From contig CM052817.1 in the NCBI GenBank assembly GCA_028534125.1, positions 63,304,001 through 63,368,000 of the forward strand: 64,000 bases of DNA, in the 5' to 3' direction. The stretch's first letter is position 1; every line of letters begins with the position of its first letter. The notes beneath the pieces were generated by a model. The model saw only the letters and a program-made list of their open reading frames with translations, searched no databases and was not told the DNA's origin. Below, piece by piece: positions 37,222 through 50,442 of this stretch. Source of the stretch: Lama glama. Its lineage: Eukaryota. A program made the position numbers and the translations under genes.

Positions 37222-38310
37222 AGAAATACAGGCCTTTAATGATGCATTAGACCAGATGGACTAAACTGATATTTATAGATCATTCTATCTGAAAGCAGCA
37301 GAATACATAATCTTCTCGAGTGCACATGAAACATTCTCCAGGATAAATTACATGCTGGCTCACAAAGCAAGCCTCAGTAAATTTAAGAAAATTGAAATCA
37401 TATCAGGCATCTTTTCTGACCAAAATGCTATGAGATTAGAAATCAACTACAAGAAAAAAAAACTATAAAATCCACAAACACGTGGAGGTTTAACAATATG
37501 CTACTAAACAACCAGTGGATCACTGAGGAAATCAAAAACTACTTAGAGACAAATGAAAATAAAAACATGATGATCCAAAACCTCTAGGACACAGTAAAAG
37601 CAGTTCTAAGAGAGAAGTTTATAGTGGCACAAGCTTATCTCAGGAAATGAGAACCACCTCAAATAACCTAACCTTACATCTAAAGCATTAGGGAAAGAAG
37701 AACAAACAAAACCCAAACTTAGTAGAAGGAGATAAATCATAAAGATTAGAGCAGAAATAAATGAAATGGAGACTTTAAAGAAAATAGAAAAGATCAATGA
37801 AGTCAAAAGCTGGTTCTTTGAATAGATAAACAAAATTGATAAACCAGACTTATCAAGAAAAAAAAGGGGGGGGGCCCAAATTAATAAAATCAGAAATGAA
37901 AAAGGAGAAGTTACAACTGACACCACAGAAATAAAAGGGATCGTAAGAGGCTACTATGAGCAACTATATGCCAACAAAAAGGACAATGTAGAAGAAATGG
38001 ACAATTTCCTAAAAAGGTACAATTTGCCAAGACTGAATCAGGAAGAAATAGAAACATGAATGGACCAATTACAGTGCTGAAATCAAATCAGTAATTAAAC
38101 AACTCTCAACAAACAAAAGTCCAGGACCAGATGGCTTCACAAGTGAATTGTACCAAACATTTCGAGAAGAGTTAACATGTATCCTCCTAAAACTATTCCA
38201 AAAAACTGCAGACGAAGGAACACTTCCAAATTCACTCTCAGGCCACCATCACCCTGACAGCAAAAGCAAAGATAGGTAGATAGATAGATAGATAGAAAAG
38301 AAAGAAAAGA

Positions 38311-38395
<85 letters not shown>

Positions 38396-40996
38396 AGGAA
38401 AGAAAGAAAGAAAGAAAGAAAGAAAGAAAACGAAAGAAAGAAAGAGAAAGGAAGAAAGAAAGAGAAAGGAAGAAAGGAAGAAAGAAAGAAAGGGAAGAAA
38501 GAAAAAGAAAAAAAAAAGAAAAAGAAAAAGGGAGGGAGGGAAAGAGAGAGGGAAGGAAAGAGAGAGGGAGGGAGGGAAAGAAAGAGAAAGAAAGAGAGGG
38601 AGGGAGGGAAAGAAAGAGAGAGGGAGGGAGGGAAAGAAAGAAAAAGAGAGAAAGAAAGAAAAGAAAAATTACAAGCTAATATCACTTATGAATGTCGATA
38701 CAAAAATCCTCAACAAAATACTAGCAAATCAATTTCAACAATACATTAAAAAGATCACACACCATGATCAAGTGGGATTTATCCTAGGGATGTAAGGATT
38801 TTTCAATGTCCACAGATCAATCAATATGATATACTACATTAACAAATTAAAGAATAAAAACCATATGATCATCTCAATAGATGCAGAAAAAGCTTTTGAA
38901 AAAATTCAACGTCCATTCATGGTAAAAACTCTACAGACAGTGGTCACAGAGGGAACATAACTCAACATAATAAAGGCCATATATAACAAACCCACAGTTA
39001 ACATCATACACAGTGGTGAAAAACTGAAAGCATTTCCTCTAAGATCAGGAACAAGAGAAGAATGCCCACTTCCACCACTTTTATTCAACATATCACATTT
39101 ACTATTGTATCTAAAAGTATAAAACACCTAGGAATAAACATACCTAAGGAGGCAAAGGACCTGTACTCCAAAAACTATAAGACACTGATGAAGGAAAGTG
39201 AAGACAACAGAAACAGATGGAAAGATATACAGTGTTCTTAGATTGGAAGAATCAATATTATTAAATTGGCCATACTACCCAGGGTAATACACAAATTCAG
39301 GGTAATCTCTATCAAATTACCAATGATATTTTGCACAGAACTGAAATGAAAAATTTTTTAAATTTTTATGGAGACAAAAAAGACCCTGAATAGCCAAAAT
39401 AATCTTGAGAAAGAAGAATGGGTCTGGGATTCATGCTCCCTGACTTCAGTCTGTACTACAAAGCTACAATAATCAAAACAGTGTGGTACTGGCACAAAAA
39501 CAGATGCATAGATCAATAGCACAGGATAGAAAGTCAAAAAATAAAGCCATGCACTTCTGGTCAATTAATCTATGACAAAGGAGGCAAGAATACACAATAG
39601 AGAAAAGACAGTTTCTTCAACAAGTGGTGCTGGGAAAACTGCACAGCTGCAAGTAAAAGAATGCAATTAGAATATTCTCTAACACCATATACAAAAATCA
39701 ACTCAAAATGGATTAAAGACCTAAATGTAAGATTGGATAATATAAAAATCCTAGAGGAAAACATAGGAAGAACACTCTTTGACATAAATTGCAGCAATGT
39801 TTTTTCAAACCAGCTCCTAGAATAATGGAAATAGAAGCAAAAATAAGCAAATGGGACCTAATTAAACTTAAAAGCTTTTGCACATCTAAAGACACCATCA
39901 ACAAAATGAAAATACAACCTACAGGATGGGAGGAGATATTTGCAAATGATGTGACTGACAAGGAATTAATTTCCAAAATATGCAAACAGCTTATACAGCT
40001 TTATATATATCTATATATATATGCAAACAACCTAATGAAAAAATGGACAGAAGACCTAAATAGCCATTTCTCCAAAGAAGACATCCAGATGGACAAAAGG
40101 CACATGAAAATATGCTCAGTATCACTAATTATTAGAGAAATGAAAATCAAAACCACAATGAGAGATCACCTCACACCAGTCAGAATGGCCACCATTAAAA
40201 AGTCTACAATAAATGTGGAGAGGGTGTGGAGAAAAAGGAGCCCTCCTACATTGTTGGTGGGAATGTAAATTGGTGCAGCCATTATGGAGGACAGTATGGA
40301 AGTTCCTTAAAAACTAGAAATAGACTTACCATATGATCCAGCAGTTCCACTCCTGGGCATATATTTGGAGAAAACTGTAATTCAAAAAGACACATGCACC
40401 CCAATGTTCATAGCAGCAGTATTTACAACAGTCAAGACATGGAATCAACCTAAATGTCCATCAATAGATGAATGGATAAAGAAGCTGTGGTATATATATG
40501 CATAGAATATTACTCAGCCATAAAAAAGAATGAAATAATGCCATTTGCAGCAACATGGATGGACCTACAGATTATCATATTAAGTGAAGTAAATCAAAGA
40601 CAAATATCATATGATGTTGCTTATCTGTGGAATCCCCCCCCCAAAAAAGAGAGATAGAAGATACAAATTTTATTTACAAACCAGAAATAGGCTCACAGAT
40701 GTAGAAAACAAATTGTGGTTACAAGGAGGGGAATTGGAGGGGGTATGGATAGATTAGGAGTTTGGGATTAATAGATATACATTACTATATATAAAATAGA
40801 TTAAAAAAACAAGGACCTACTGTGTAGCGCAGGGAACTATATTCAAATTCTTGTATTGATCTGTAATGGAAAAGTATGTGAACAAAAATATGTGTATGTA
40901 TATGTATAACTGAATCACTTTGTTGTACACCTGAAACTAACATTGCAAATCGGCTACACTTCAGTAAAAAATAAGAATTAAAAGAAAAGAAAAGAA
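37222..40996 (+). mobile_element. 5'-truncated older lineage LINE-1 (decayed ORF2 plus 3' UTR) with an internal microsatellite and an RT-core deletion
   Basis: Collinear with the L1 at 50443-54430; ORFs 39789-40268 ([24 protein letters not shown]) and 40472-40657 (EYYSAIKKNEIMPFAATWMDL); A-rich tail; TSD agaat(g/a)ttatc at 37211-37221 and 40997-41007. Confidence 0.95.
38271..38668. repeat. Compound microsatellite (GATA)n(GA)n(GAAA)n(GGGA/GGAA)n; polypurine tract
   Basis: Directly visible; 38294-38668 is all purine except one C at 38431. Confidence 0.98.
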
Positions 40997-41246
40997 AGAA
41001 TATTATCTCCTAAGGAGGTCTGGTTAATACAGATGCACAATACACACTAGAGGGGAGGGAGGAGTCCCAAATGGTCCCAAATGGGCAAAGAAAAATATTA
41101 TGTTAAATTTTTCTTGTCTTGCCATAAAATATGAATATTATTTCATCAATTTGATAGCGTTGGAGAATGTGATAATCACATATAATTCATAATCATTCTA
41201 ATAAACATTTTTTTCAAAATTGAGTGTTTGCTTTAAAAATATATAT

Positions 41247-41736
41247 TGTCAACTGGAAAAAAATGTACATTGTGGGATTTTTGAATTAAGCTTTATTTAG
41301 AGCAAAATGAGGGCTATAGCCTGAGAGACAGCATCTCAGATAGCTCTGAAGAATTGCTCTGCAGGGGTAGTGAGGGAAGTCAGTGTTATGTGTAATTTTA
41401 GTGAAGGGCATAGATGCAATCAAGCACACATTTTGGCAGAGGCTCACTGCTTGTCTCATGGAGGTTATTGATAGTCATGAGGAACAGATGTCTCCGTGAA
41501 TGATTTTAGTGCTTTTCTAGATATGGGAAGATGCAATAAATTGGGCTTGTAAACTCTTCTCCTGAAAATATCTAACTATCTGAAGGCCTGTTCTCCCAGT
41601 TTTTCCCAGAGCACAGAGTGCCTCGTTCCTGATCCCCACCGTGAACTACTTGAGGGTTTGTTGAAGGTCAGCGACTGCAGTGGTTGATGACTATCCTTGT
41701 AGAGGCAGGTGGCAAGTGCTAATGTTTTAGTTGGCA
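41247..41736 (-). mobile_element. ERV1-type solo LTR (~490 bp)
   Basis: Termini tgtcaact and agttggca; 4-bp flanks atat and acat; minus-strand AATAAA near 41292; R/U5 region similar to 36950-37020. Confidence 0.85.
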
Positions 41737-43820
41737 ACATAGAACTGTTATTATTGTATGAAGGTGTCTGCTTTTTACCCAGTTGTAACCACAGCTGTAC
41801 CAGGAGCTAGAATTTAAGTCTGGTGCCTGGAATTTACTGAGGAAGAGGCTTATCAAGGGGTATGATTTACATGCCCAATGACAGGGAACAAGGCAAGATC
41901 ACTGGCTCAGAACATTGCTCATATGGATGAACCATCAAATTCTCCTACTTGAGGCTAAGTTACAATTATGAAAATGAGGTAGAATTTGGGGAAAGATACA
42001 TTAAGGCTTAATGGAAGAGGTATAGTAGCAGCTGAGGTAGAAACAAAATAGAAGTTCTGAGACTAAACCAGAGTTAGCTCCTAGTGGCTCTAATACAAAA
42101 GATGTTTGCAGCAAATTATAGATTTTTTAAAAATCTGGGTCAGCTTTAATGCACCATAGTTAGACCCATTGGTGAGGACTCCTTTCAAGTATGAATATAC
42201 CAGAAACTATTAAAGCAAGATATGATCTTTTCATTACTGACTTAATTGATTCCTTTGTGGTCTTAAGAGACTCCAAGTCCTTTGGGCCTCAGGATCCTTT
42301 TCATCTAAGTCTTCCTCCAGGATCCTGCACCCTCCAGATGCAGGGGAGGAATCTTTAAAAATATCAAGATAGATAAAAGTATATCTGAATGTAAGACACA
42401 ATTTGCAATAGTAATATGAATGCAGGAGCTGCTTCTCATAGCCAGTCTCTCAAGGCTTGAAGCTCTGTTCTATTAACCTATATTTTTCAAATACTTAAGT
42501 ATTCCCAAATGGCACACCTAATGTGTAAAGTGATGTTCAATTGGATGTCATTGGATGCATTTTAGATTTAAATTTTAAATGGGTAGATGGCTAGGGTGTG
42601 GTAATCTTGTTTAAGATTATGTCTATAGTGGATAACTTTATCAAACCATAATTAAAATAGTAATTTGATTTGATTTTAATATTTTTAACATTTTTATGAA
42701 AAGGAAAACACTCAGTAACAGAAAAAAAAGCATTTCCTTCTTAAAAACAAAAAAACTTATTTTAGTACCATTATTATTTACCAATATTCATCCTAAATAA
42801 GAGTTGTTAAAAAAGTTATCACATACTGGTGAGAACTGAAGACATTACTATACACAGAAAATAGAATTTAAATCTATTGATTAATTAAAATCTCCCTCAT
42901 ATATGGAATCTCAGTTTAACCCATAATTGGAATACATCATACAACTTGAAATAGATAGGTATAGCACAAACATGTATTTACATCATTTGGTTTGAAAAAT
43001 TACTGTTGTACAAGAAATAGATATTTTATTCATTGTAGAATATGAAACTAAGCAATAAAAGAAAAAAAGTAAAAAAAGAATCACCAATAATTTTACAATA
43101 CAGAAATAACCAAAGGTTGATATTGTATTTGGTTCAAAATGATACCCAGTTAGTTAACATAAGCCTAGATCTACAAACTTAGTTTCATTTGTTCTATTAA
43201 AATAGATTTCTGCCTTCTGCAAATGGGGTTTATTTTAGTGAAGCAAAGAGCAGGAAGAATAATAAAAATAATATTTAAATACAGGGCTAAGATTTTGAAA
43301 GCATAATCAAATGAGCCCATCACCATTATTTCTAGTACTATATGGTCAATTATGCCTTACCCAAGAAAAAAGAAGCTAGTATCCTAATTGTTTAGCCATA
43401 ATGTCACATAAGTTTTGTTTGTCTATCAATTTGTCTGATGCATTTAGAAGAATTTATATCAAAACTTTGGACTAAATACATTGAAACAGTTTGTTTCATT
43501 TGGGCTTTCTAGTCTTTTTAAAACTATATGTATTTTTCATATAACATTATTTTTTTCATGTAAACAGTTGGCCTTTCCTAAACTAATTGTTTTACTTTAC
43601 TTTGATTTTAAATATATATACTTAACATATTCATACAAGATGGAGAGGAAACCTTTTTTAATTTCTCTAGCATTTTAGGACCATTTATATACTAGCAAAG
43701 TAAGGACAATATTATATAATTATCATATAAACAGTGGTGTGTAGAGAAAAAAATAATGATTAAGTAACCAAAATTAGTTTAAAATGTACCATATATTAAT
43801 CTGTGATTAAATGGATAATT

Positions 43821-43874
43821 ATTAAGAAATTAAGAAAGTAGTTAGTCATTAAGAAATTAAGAAAGTAGTTTGTC
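43821..43874. repeat. 27-bp tandem duplication
   Basis: attaagaaattaagaaagtagttagtc followed by attaagaaattaagaaagtagtttgtc (1 mismatch). Confidence 0.95.
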
Positions 43875-44414
43875 ATATGTAGTGCAATTTTAAATAGCTA
43901 AAAATGACTTGGTTCTACCAATTCAAAAAAATAAGTAAACTAAATATCTTGTATTTAAGATATATGATATTGTATCTGTTATATCTTAGCTGTTGTTTCT
44001 TGACTGTTATATCTTAACAGTCAACTTTTGCTATACATAAAGTATGCAAGGGTATGTCTATGTATTCAGCTTATTTTAAAAAAAGAAATTGTAATTCAGT
44101 TCACCATCTGTTTTGCAAATGAAGAGTGATGAGGGCAAAATAAGTCAATCAATTGGTGGAAAACAAGTTTGTAAAACTCTAAGCCAAATCAGGTAGTGTG
44201 CAGCCATAGTCAAGTTTAGATAATATTACTGATAAGTTTTAAAATGACTTGTGCTTAATTTTATTAATAAGAATCAAATTCATTCCTAAATCATACAAAT
44301 GTCACTTAATAGGAATTTGAGCATGAGTTTCAGGAAAGAACATTGATTCCTTTAGATTCCCAGATTCACTTTTCAATAATTGAGAAAAAATCAGATGACT
44401 GTCAGTCACTAAGA

Positions 44415-44640
44415 ATGATAGCTAACATTTACAAACAGATTTTTATATGATAGGCCCTTTCTATTTTCTCATGCATCAATTCATTTAATCCTCAAATAAA
44501 ACTTTTGAGTTTGGTGCTATTATTGTCCTTATTTTATAGTTATGAAACTAAGCTTCAGAAAAGTCATTCCTCAAAGATAGGAAGTCAAAGGTATGTAATT
44601 CACAGTCAGAACTCTTCACTAGAGCTCCTTCTCCAGCTAT
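44415..44640 (-). mobile_element. MIR SINE
   Basis: 'atagctaacattta...tcatttaatcctca...ttattttatagttatgaaactaagcttcagaaaag'. Confidence 0.7.
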
Positions 44641-44944
44641 TGTGTGACACTGCCCTGAGGGAGCAGGCTTGAGGTGGCTAGTGGGGTACATCTACAAGAT
44701 GGAACTACAAAACCCTGCAAAAACCATGGTAGGAAAAAAAAAAGAGCTTCTCACTGTCAAGTCAAAGCCAGATCTATTTCTTTTTGCGACTTAATGACTC
44801 TTCAGTCTTTTGAAGGCAGGGCTATACCACACTTACACATTACCAGGCTAAAAGCTGATAGTTATATACTAACTGTCAAAAGAAACAAAATGCATTAACA
44901 ATTACATTTATAAGAAATGCTTAACATAGCAAAACTTGCACAGA

Positions 44945-45170
44945 ATAATAGCTATAATTTATTGAGCATTAATTTTATGCCAAGTATTGCCCACTACTTA
45001 ATTTAATATCTATAAATATGCCTATGATGTAGGAATTATTATTTCTAACATTATTCCTCATTTCCTAATAAGTAAATAGAGGTTTAGAAATATTTAATGA
45101 CTTGCTCGAGTTTCAAAGTAAGAAAATGATATGAGTTTATAAATCTAATTCCAGACTCTCTTATTTCTAC
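44945..45170 (-). mobile_element. MIR SINE
   Basis: 'aataatagctataatttattgagcattaattttatgccaagta...agtaaatagaggtttagaaatatttaatgacttgctc'. Confidence 0.65.
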
Positions 45171-46809
45171 AGTAAACTGCATTACAAAAATGCTTCCTTG
45201 CTACCCAATAATTGCCATGTTTATGCATTACTGTAATATTGTATATAAATGCCCGTTTTATCTTCTATACTCACAGTATAAATGATCAATCTCTTCATTT
45301 CAAATCAAAGTATGTCAGTTATCTCCTGTGTCCCCAAACTTCTTGTTTCTGACCAAAAATACACCATAATATCTATGTCATTAAAATTTAAAAAGACAAT
45401 TGAAAGAATGAACTCACAATAAGTTTTTCTCTCCTGTGTGAAACCAAAAATCCAGGGATTAGAAATTATAACATATAAATACTTGAAATTTCTCAAGCAG
45501 ATAATCTCTGGCATGAGAGAATTGCCCTAATTTGTATATAGCTCAGATAGTCATAGAATACTTAATAGTATTATTTAATATTTACTTGTATTTTACTCCA
45601 TTTTCCTTACCGCCCTTTGGTGTTCAATGGCAGCATCAATTATACTTTCTATCTCTTCTTTGAAATTTCAAAATGCTATTTGTGGATTTTATAAGCATTC
45701 ATTTGTACAATATGCAGTTAAAATAACAACAGAAAACCTTAATTTCAGTACTACATTCAAACCTATACTTAACATTTTAAGAATTCTGAAACAATGATAC
45801 TGTTTTCAGAAATGTCAGTAAGTCACCCCTGAAATTCCTGCCCTTTCTCTTCCTAAAGTTGTAATAAAGTGCTAGTGTATGATGTTTAGTGAACGGAATT
45901 AAATGGTGAGCTATATCTGTTACAATAAAAAAACACTTTCAGAAATAAATTAAATGATATTTTGACTTGTTACACTAATGGAGAAAAGCATATGCCTCCT
46001 TGATCATACATCTTTCTTGAAGTGCATATGAAGGTCTCTTTGCCATTGGCATCAACCAGCTGAAACATTAAGCTCATTTGGCTCCTTTAGTGGAAATATC
46101 CAGTTTGACCTAAGTCAATGAAGGTAAAAAGTGCATATGATTTAGGGGCTCTAATGCAATAGTTAATAGCTCTGCTGGAGTGGCACGTTTTATGTCCCGA
46201 GTGTGCTTCCTGTTTCCTTCACTTTAATTATTCAACATTTTAGGTATGGCTCTTTCCATCCAACTTCCATGTTGTTTTAGAGTTAATTACTGTTCATAAT
46301 AATCAAAATCTTTTATCACTGAGGAAGAAGGAAAAAATCATTCTCTGAAGTCATGTATTTTCCCTGATGATAGAAGGATTATTCCCTTAAGGATATTTTG
46401 TGTACTTTGTCCATTTTTATTGTAGTTATCTCCAGACAGAGAGATGATTTCTGTCATTTTCCCTGAAAGGTCATTTGATCCATTATTAAATTTAGGGATT
46501 TAAAATTTTTTCTTTATTTTGCACATTCCCTTTTCTTAATTTCATCTAAATTTCACTAGGTAAGAGACCTCATAATGGTCTAAGTAATTTCTCTTCACTT
46601 TCTAACTACATTTTCTACATAAGATGATGATATAAAATGATCAAAGAATAATTTTATCTACACCACATAATATTAATTTCACCTATTTTATTGTGAAAAA
46701 TGGACCTTTATCTTAAGATATTTAACTTCCAAAGTACCGTATAGTGAAGTAACCTCTGAGAGAAAAGTAAATGAAATGTTTTCTTAGATGATTATAGTCT
46801 TCTCAAATT

Positions 46810-47140
46810 TCAATTTTAATAGTTGGTAATACATTCACTTGATATAAAATTCAGAAAGCGCCAAAAGTTATACAACTAAAAGAAAATTCTTCCCCCACTT
46901 TTCCCCCAAGCAGCTCATTATCCCAACCAGTTTCTCCATCAGTCTTCCAAAGATATTTTTTCTTACTTATTATCTTAATAAGTAAAATGCATATATAAAC
47001 ATTATATATAGTGAGAAATTATGGAACACAAGTGGTAGCATGAAATAAAAATTAATTGCAACTTGATCATTCCACTTAACATATCATTGATATTTTTATA
47101 ATATTAATAATCGAGCCATCTCATTCTTTTTGATGACTGA
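46810..47140 (-). mobile_element. Ancient L1 (L1ME-like) 3' fragment
   Basis: 'ggtaatacattcacttgatataaaattcagaaagcgccaaaagttatacaactaaaag...ttccacttaacatatcattga...tcattctttttgatgactg'. Confidence 0.55.
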
Positions 47141-47904
47141 TACCAAACTTGTAGCAATTGAAGTAGTCAGATTCTGAACTAATTTTAAAGAACTAACAGG
47201 ATTTTCTGCATATCAAGGATCACTTCAGTGTTTCTGGTCTAAAAAACTAAGATGGAGTTGCCTTAACATAGATGGAGAAGATTGTAAATAGAGATTTTTG
47301 TGAAATGGTCAGGAGCCTAGGTTTTAACATCTTAACTTTGAGATATACATTATACATTATATGTATGATCATTTTTGCCATTACCTTCTTCATGTTTAAA
47401 TCTTGCCCATTACTATGCTACTTAGTGTTAGGCCTGTACCAGCACAATAGAAGGCATATTCTAGGAACACATTTTAGGAAATATATGAGTTGAATGAATG
47501 ATCACATCTATGAATGGTCATTGGTCTGGACACAAGTACCATCTGGGTGGTTGATCTCTGGCATTACTTCCTAAGTGTCCCAGGTAGTACTTTCTTCACT
47601 CTTCACTCAGTTCCTTCTTCCTGGAACTGCTTTGGTAAAGGAAAAAGATGAGAAGGAGAAGGGCAGAAATAGTGCAAAGGGAGGAAAAAGAGAAAGGAAG
47701 TGAACTGGAAAAAAATAAAGTAGGACAAAGGGAAAACTTATATTGAAGGAAAATAAATAAGTACTTAATTATTAAAATTCAGAAAGAGTATACAGTTGGA
47801 AAAGTAAACAGGCAATGTAAATACCCAAAAGGGAGGGAAGGATCAATGCAATAAATTTGTCTTTTCAAAAATATGTTCACCAACATGGAACCAGAAGAGT
47901 TTTT

Positions 47905-48110
47905 TAAAGTCAGTCATTTGTGGGTTTGAAATCTGTCTCCCACCCTATCCAGGCTTATGACCCTGGGGAAGCCACAGCTTCTCTAGTCTCACTGTGTTCG
48001 TTTGTAAAATGGTATTGATGATGGGTACCCTGCAGGGTAGATTGTTGTTGGGATTAGAGGAGCTAAATCTTGTAACTGTCTGGCACACAGAAACTCAAAA
48101 TGTTATTTTT
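47905..48110 (+). mobile_element. MIR SINE
   Basis: 'gggtttgaaatctgtctcc...tgaccctggggaag...tttgtaaaatgg...gattgttgttgggattag...tctggcacacagaaactcaaaatgtta'. Confidence 0.7.
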
Positions 48111-50442
48111 TCCTTATTCTCCTACAAATCCTCTTCATTAAAAGATGGTATATATCAATAAGCAGGTGACTTGAGAATTCTCTGCCTCAGTTTTGCGTTA
48201 GTGAGACCCTGAATACTCAAAGATATGCTGACCATATAGAATAGAAGCAGATTTCCAGGAGCAGCTAACTCAGCTGAGATAAATAATCAGTATTTGATCA
48301 AAGGTGGTCACCTATGATGACACGGATTATTTTTTTTATTAGGTTGAGCTTTAAATCCTGTAAGTTTGCCATTTTCTTTTTAACTGGCTCATGTATTAGC
48401 TGCTTCAAAGAACATTAAAAAAATAAAACAGGCAATTTTTCTGCACTGAAAAATAACTGTGAAAAACAAGACTTTTCATTAAAAATCACAATTATTATAT
48501 GACAGTACTCATTGTATAACATAATGCTGAGTAAAGTATTGGAAGAATAGAGAAACAAACCTGTAATTATATTCTTTAATCTCATTTTCAACATTCAAAA
48601 ATGAATTGTGAATGATTTTGTTAGGTGTCCAGACTTTATAAATGCTTCATCTCCATAAAGATTATTTAAAATCCACTCAAATAGAACTATTTTTTCCTTT
48701 TTAAAAATTTCCTAATGCTTTGTAAGTTTTCATTCTTCCCTTGGGTTCTTGAGGGAAATAAGGTAAAGAGCACTGAAGAACAGAAGAACGCAGGAGAACA
48801 GTCGGTTTTGTGACTCCTAATAATTATATAATTACGATCTGACACCACAGATGTTTACCAGGTACTTCCTGTGTACATGGCATTGAGGTTCCAAAGATAC
48901 AGTTCAGGGGAGGATGAGCAGCACATGTCCTCTTTCCAAAGAGTCCATGGGGAATTGACTGCTATTTTTTATACCAAGGTGTCTGGATTATGCCTGTTCC
49001 AACATCAGAAGCTTCCAAACACAGGACTGTTTAATAAGCTTAGTGATCTCTAAGAAACATTGGCCAGAAAGAAAACCTGAGGATCATGATTTCAAAGTGA
49101 CTCAAACAGAGCTTTTTACTACAAAGAGTCTTTTCAATTAGAATGCTGGAAATCAGACAACGCGCTAAGATGTAAGGTAACAAGGGTGGGCAAGTTGGGG
49201 CTGCCTATGGCTAGGTTTAATTCAGCTCCTTGAAGAAACCTGGAGTGCAGCAGATAGCAATTCCTTGCATTTGCTCCCTTGTTTCAGCTTTGAGTGTCTT
49301 TATGTATAGTCTGTTATTCTTTCAAGTCTACTGTGAAGCAGCTATTAGTTTTAAGGAGCTTTTGTTTCCAAAGGGAGCCTTTTACCTTTCCCACAACAGA
49401 AAATAAAATTACTAAATACTGCAAGTTTGGGCCTGTTTCTAATCATGGGGAGATTAAATGAGAGGATCATTTGACAGTCTCGGGATGTTGGAAACATCAA
49501 CTAATGACCTTTGTTACTAACGACCTAGACCCTCAGGCAATGAACCTAGCCAACACTGATTAAGAGAGAAGCCTGCTGGTTTTTACAGCTATATAAAATA
49601 GAAGGAGTCTGTGTTAATAGAGCAGGGATAGGGCAGAGAAAAAAATGTAAAAATGAATGAGCTATAAAAAAAAGAATGTTTTTTTCCTTCCTTTGTGCTA
49701 CATGTTAGAAAATTAATTAACAAATATGAAGGCTCAGAAATAATTTTGAATTGATGTGTGGGACTAAGTCTCTGGAATTGACAAATCAAAAAACAAAAAA
49801 AGTTACCCACCAAATTCTGTGAACTTGGCCTGCACACACTCCAGAAGATGTGTCATTGTCTAAAGGCAGCTACATCAAGAACTTGAGACTTAGCAGAGTC
49901 CTGGCCAACTTTCCACCTGACTTCAGTGGTGGGTTTCGCCATTAATATAATAGTAGTCATCAGGGGTCTCTCCTGTTAAGTGGTCTTTCTGTTCTGAAGT
50001 GGCATCAGGGGATTGCTCTGCTCCTCTTGGCAGGGTGTTTTTTACACAGGCACCACCCACTGCTTGAAACGCTTCTTGAAATTATTGTTCAAACTTTATT
50101 TAACAATTGTTAGTCCATTTTTTCCTGTCCTGGCAGTTTAATGAATGCAACTGATTGATACCCGTTTTTCATTTTGAAAAGACTGTGATGCTTAAATCCA
50201 CATTGGTTTCTACTATTCGTTGATTTTGAGCTATTAAGATGTCTACACACAGAGAAACTTTTTGCAGTTGCATTAGAAAATTTCCTTATTAAAAATAATT
50301 TGAAGTAGAAGGACTGTGAAGAAGCATAAAAGCAGAATATATGAAATTAAAATTACCCATAATCCAAACACCCCATAGAAATACTCACTGTAATAATTGG
50401 TTATGCTTCTAAGGAATCTTTCTTCTATAAAAATTGAGTTCA

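Larger units (their letters stand above)
36907..41148 (-). mobile_element. ERV1-type solo LTR (36907-37221 plus 40997-41148) split by an L1 insertion
   Basis: Inverted termini tgatgaaa and tttcatca; minus-strand AATAAA near 36955; an internal tandem unit is cut by the L1 and resumes after it. Confidence 0.8.

Noticed and set aside
38137..38685. 182-aa F/L/S-rich ORF resembling a membrane protein
   Set aside because: It is the translation of the pyrimidine strand of the microsatellite.
41595..41612. STAT1 GAS-like motif in the ERV1 LTR, by analogy with MER41
   Set aside because: The sequence is TTCCCAGAG, not TTCNNNGAA, and I cannot confirm the LTR is MER41-related.
43821..43874. CRISPR-like direct repeats
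   Set aside because: Two abutting copies with no spacer, in mammalian DNA, with no cas genes.
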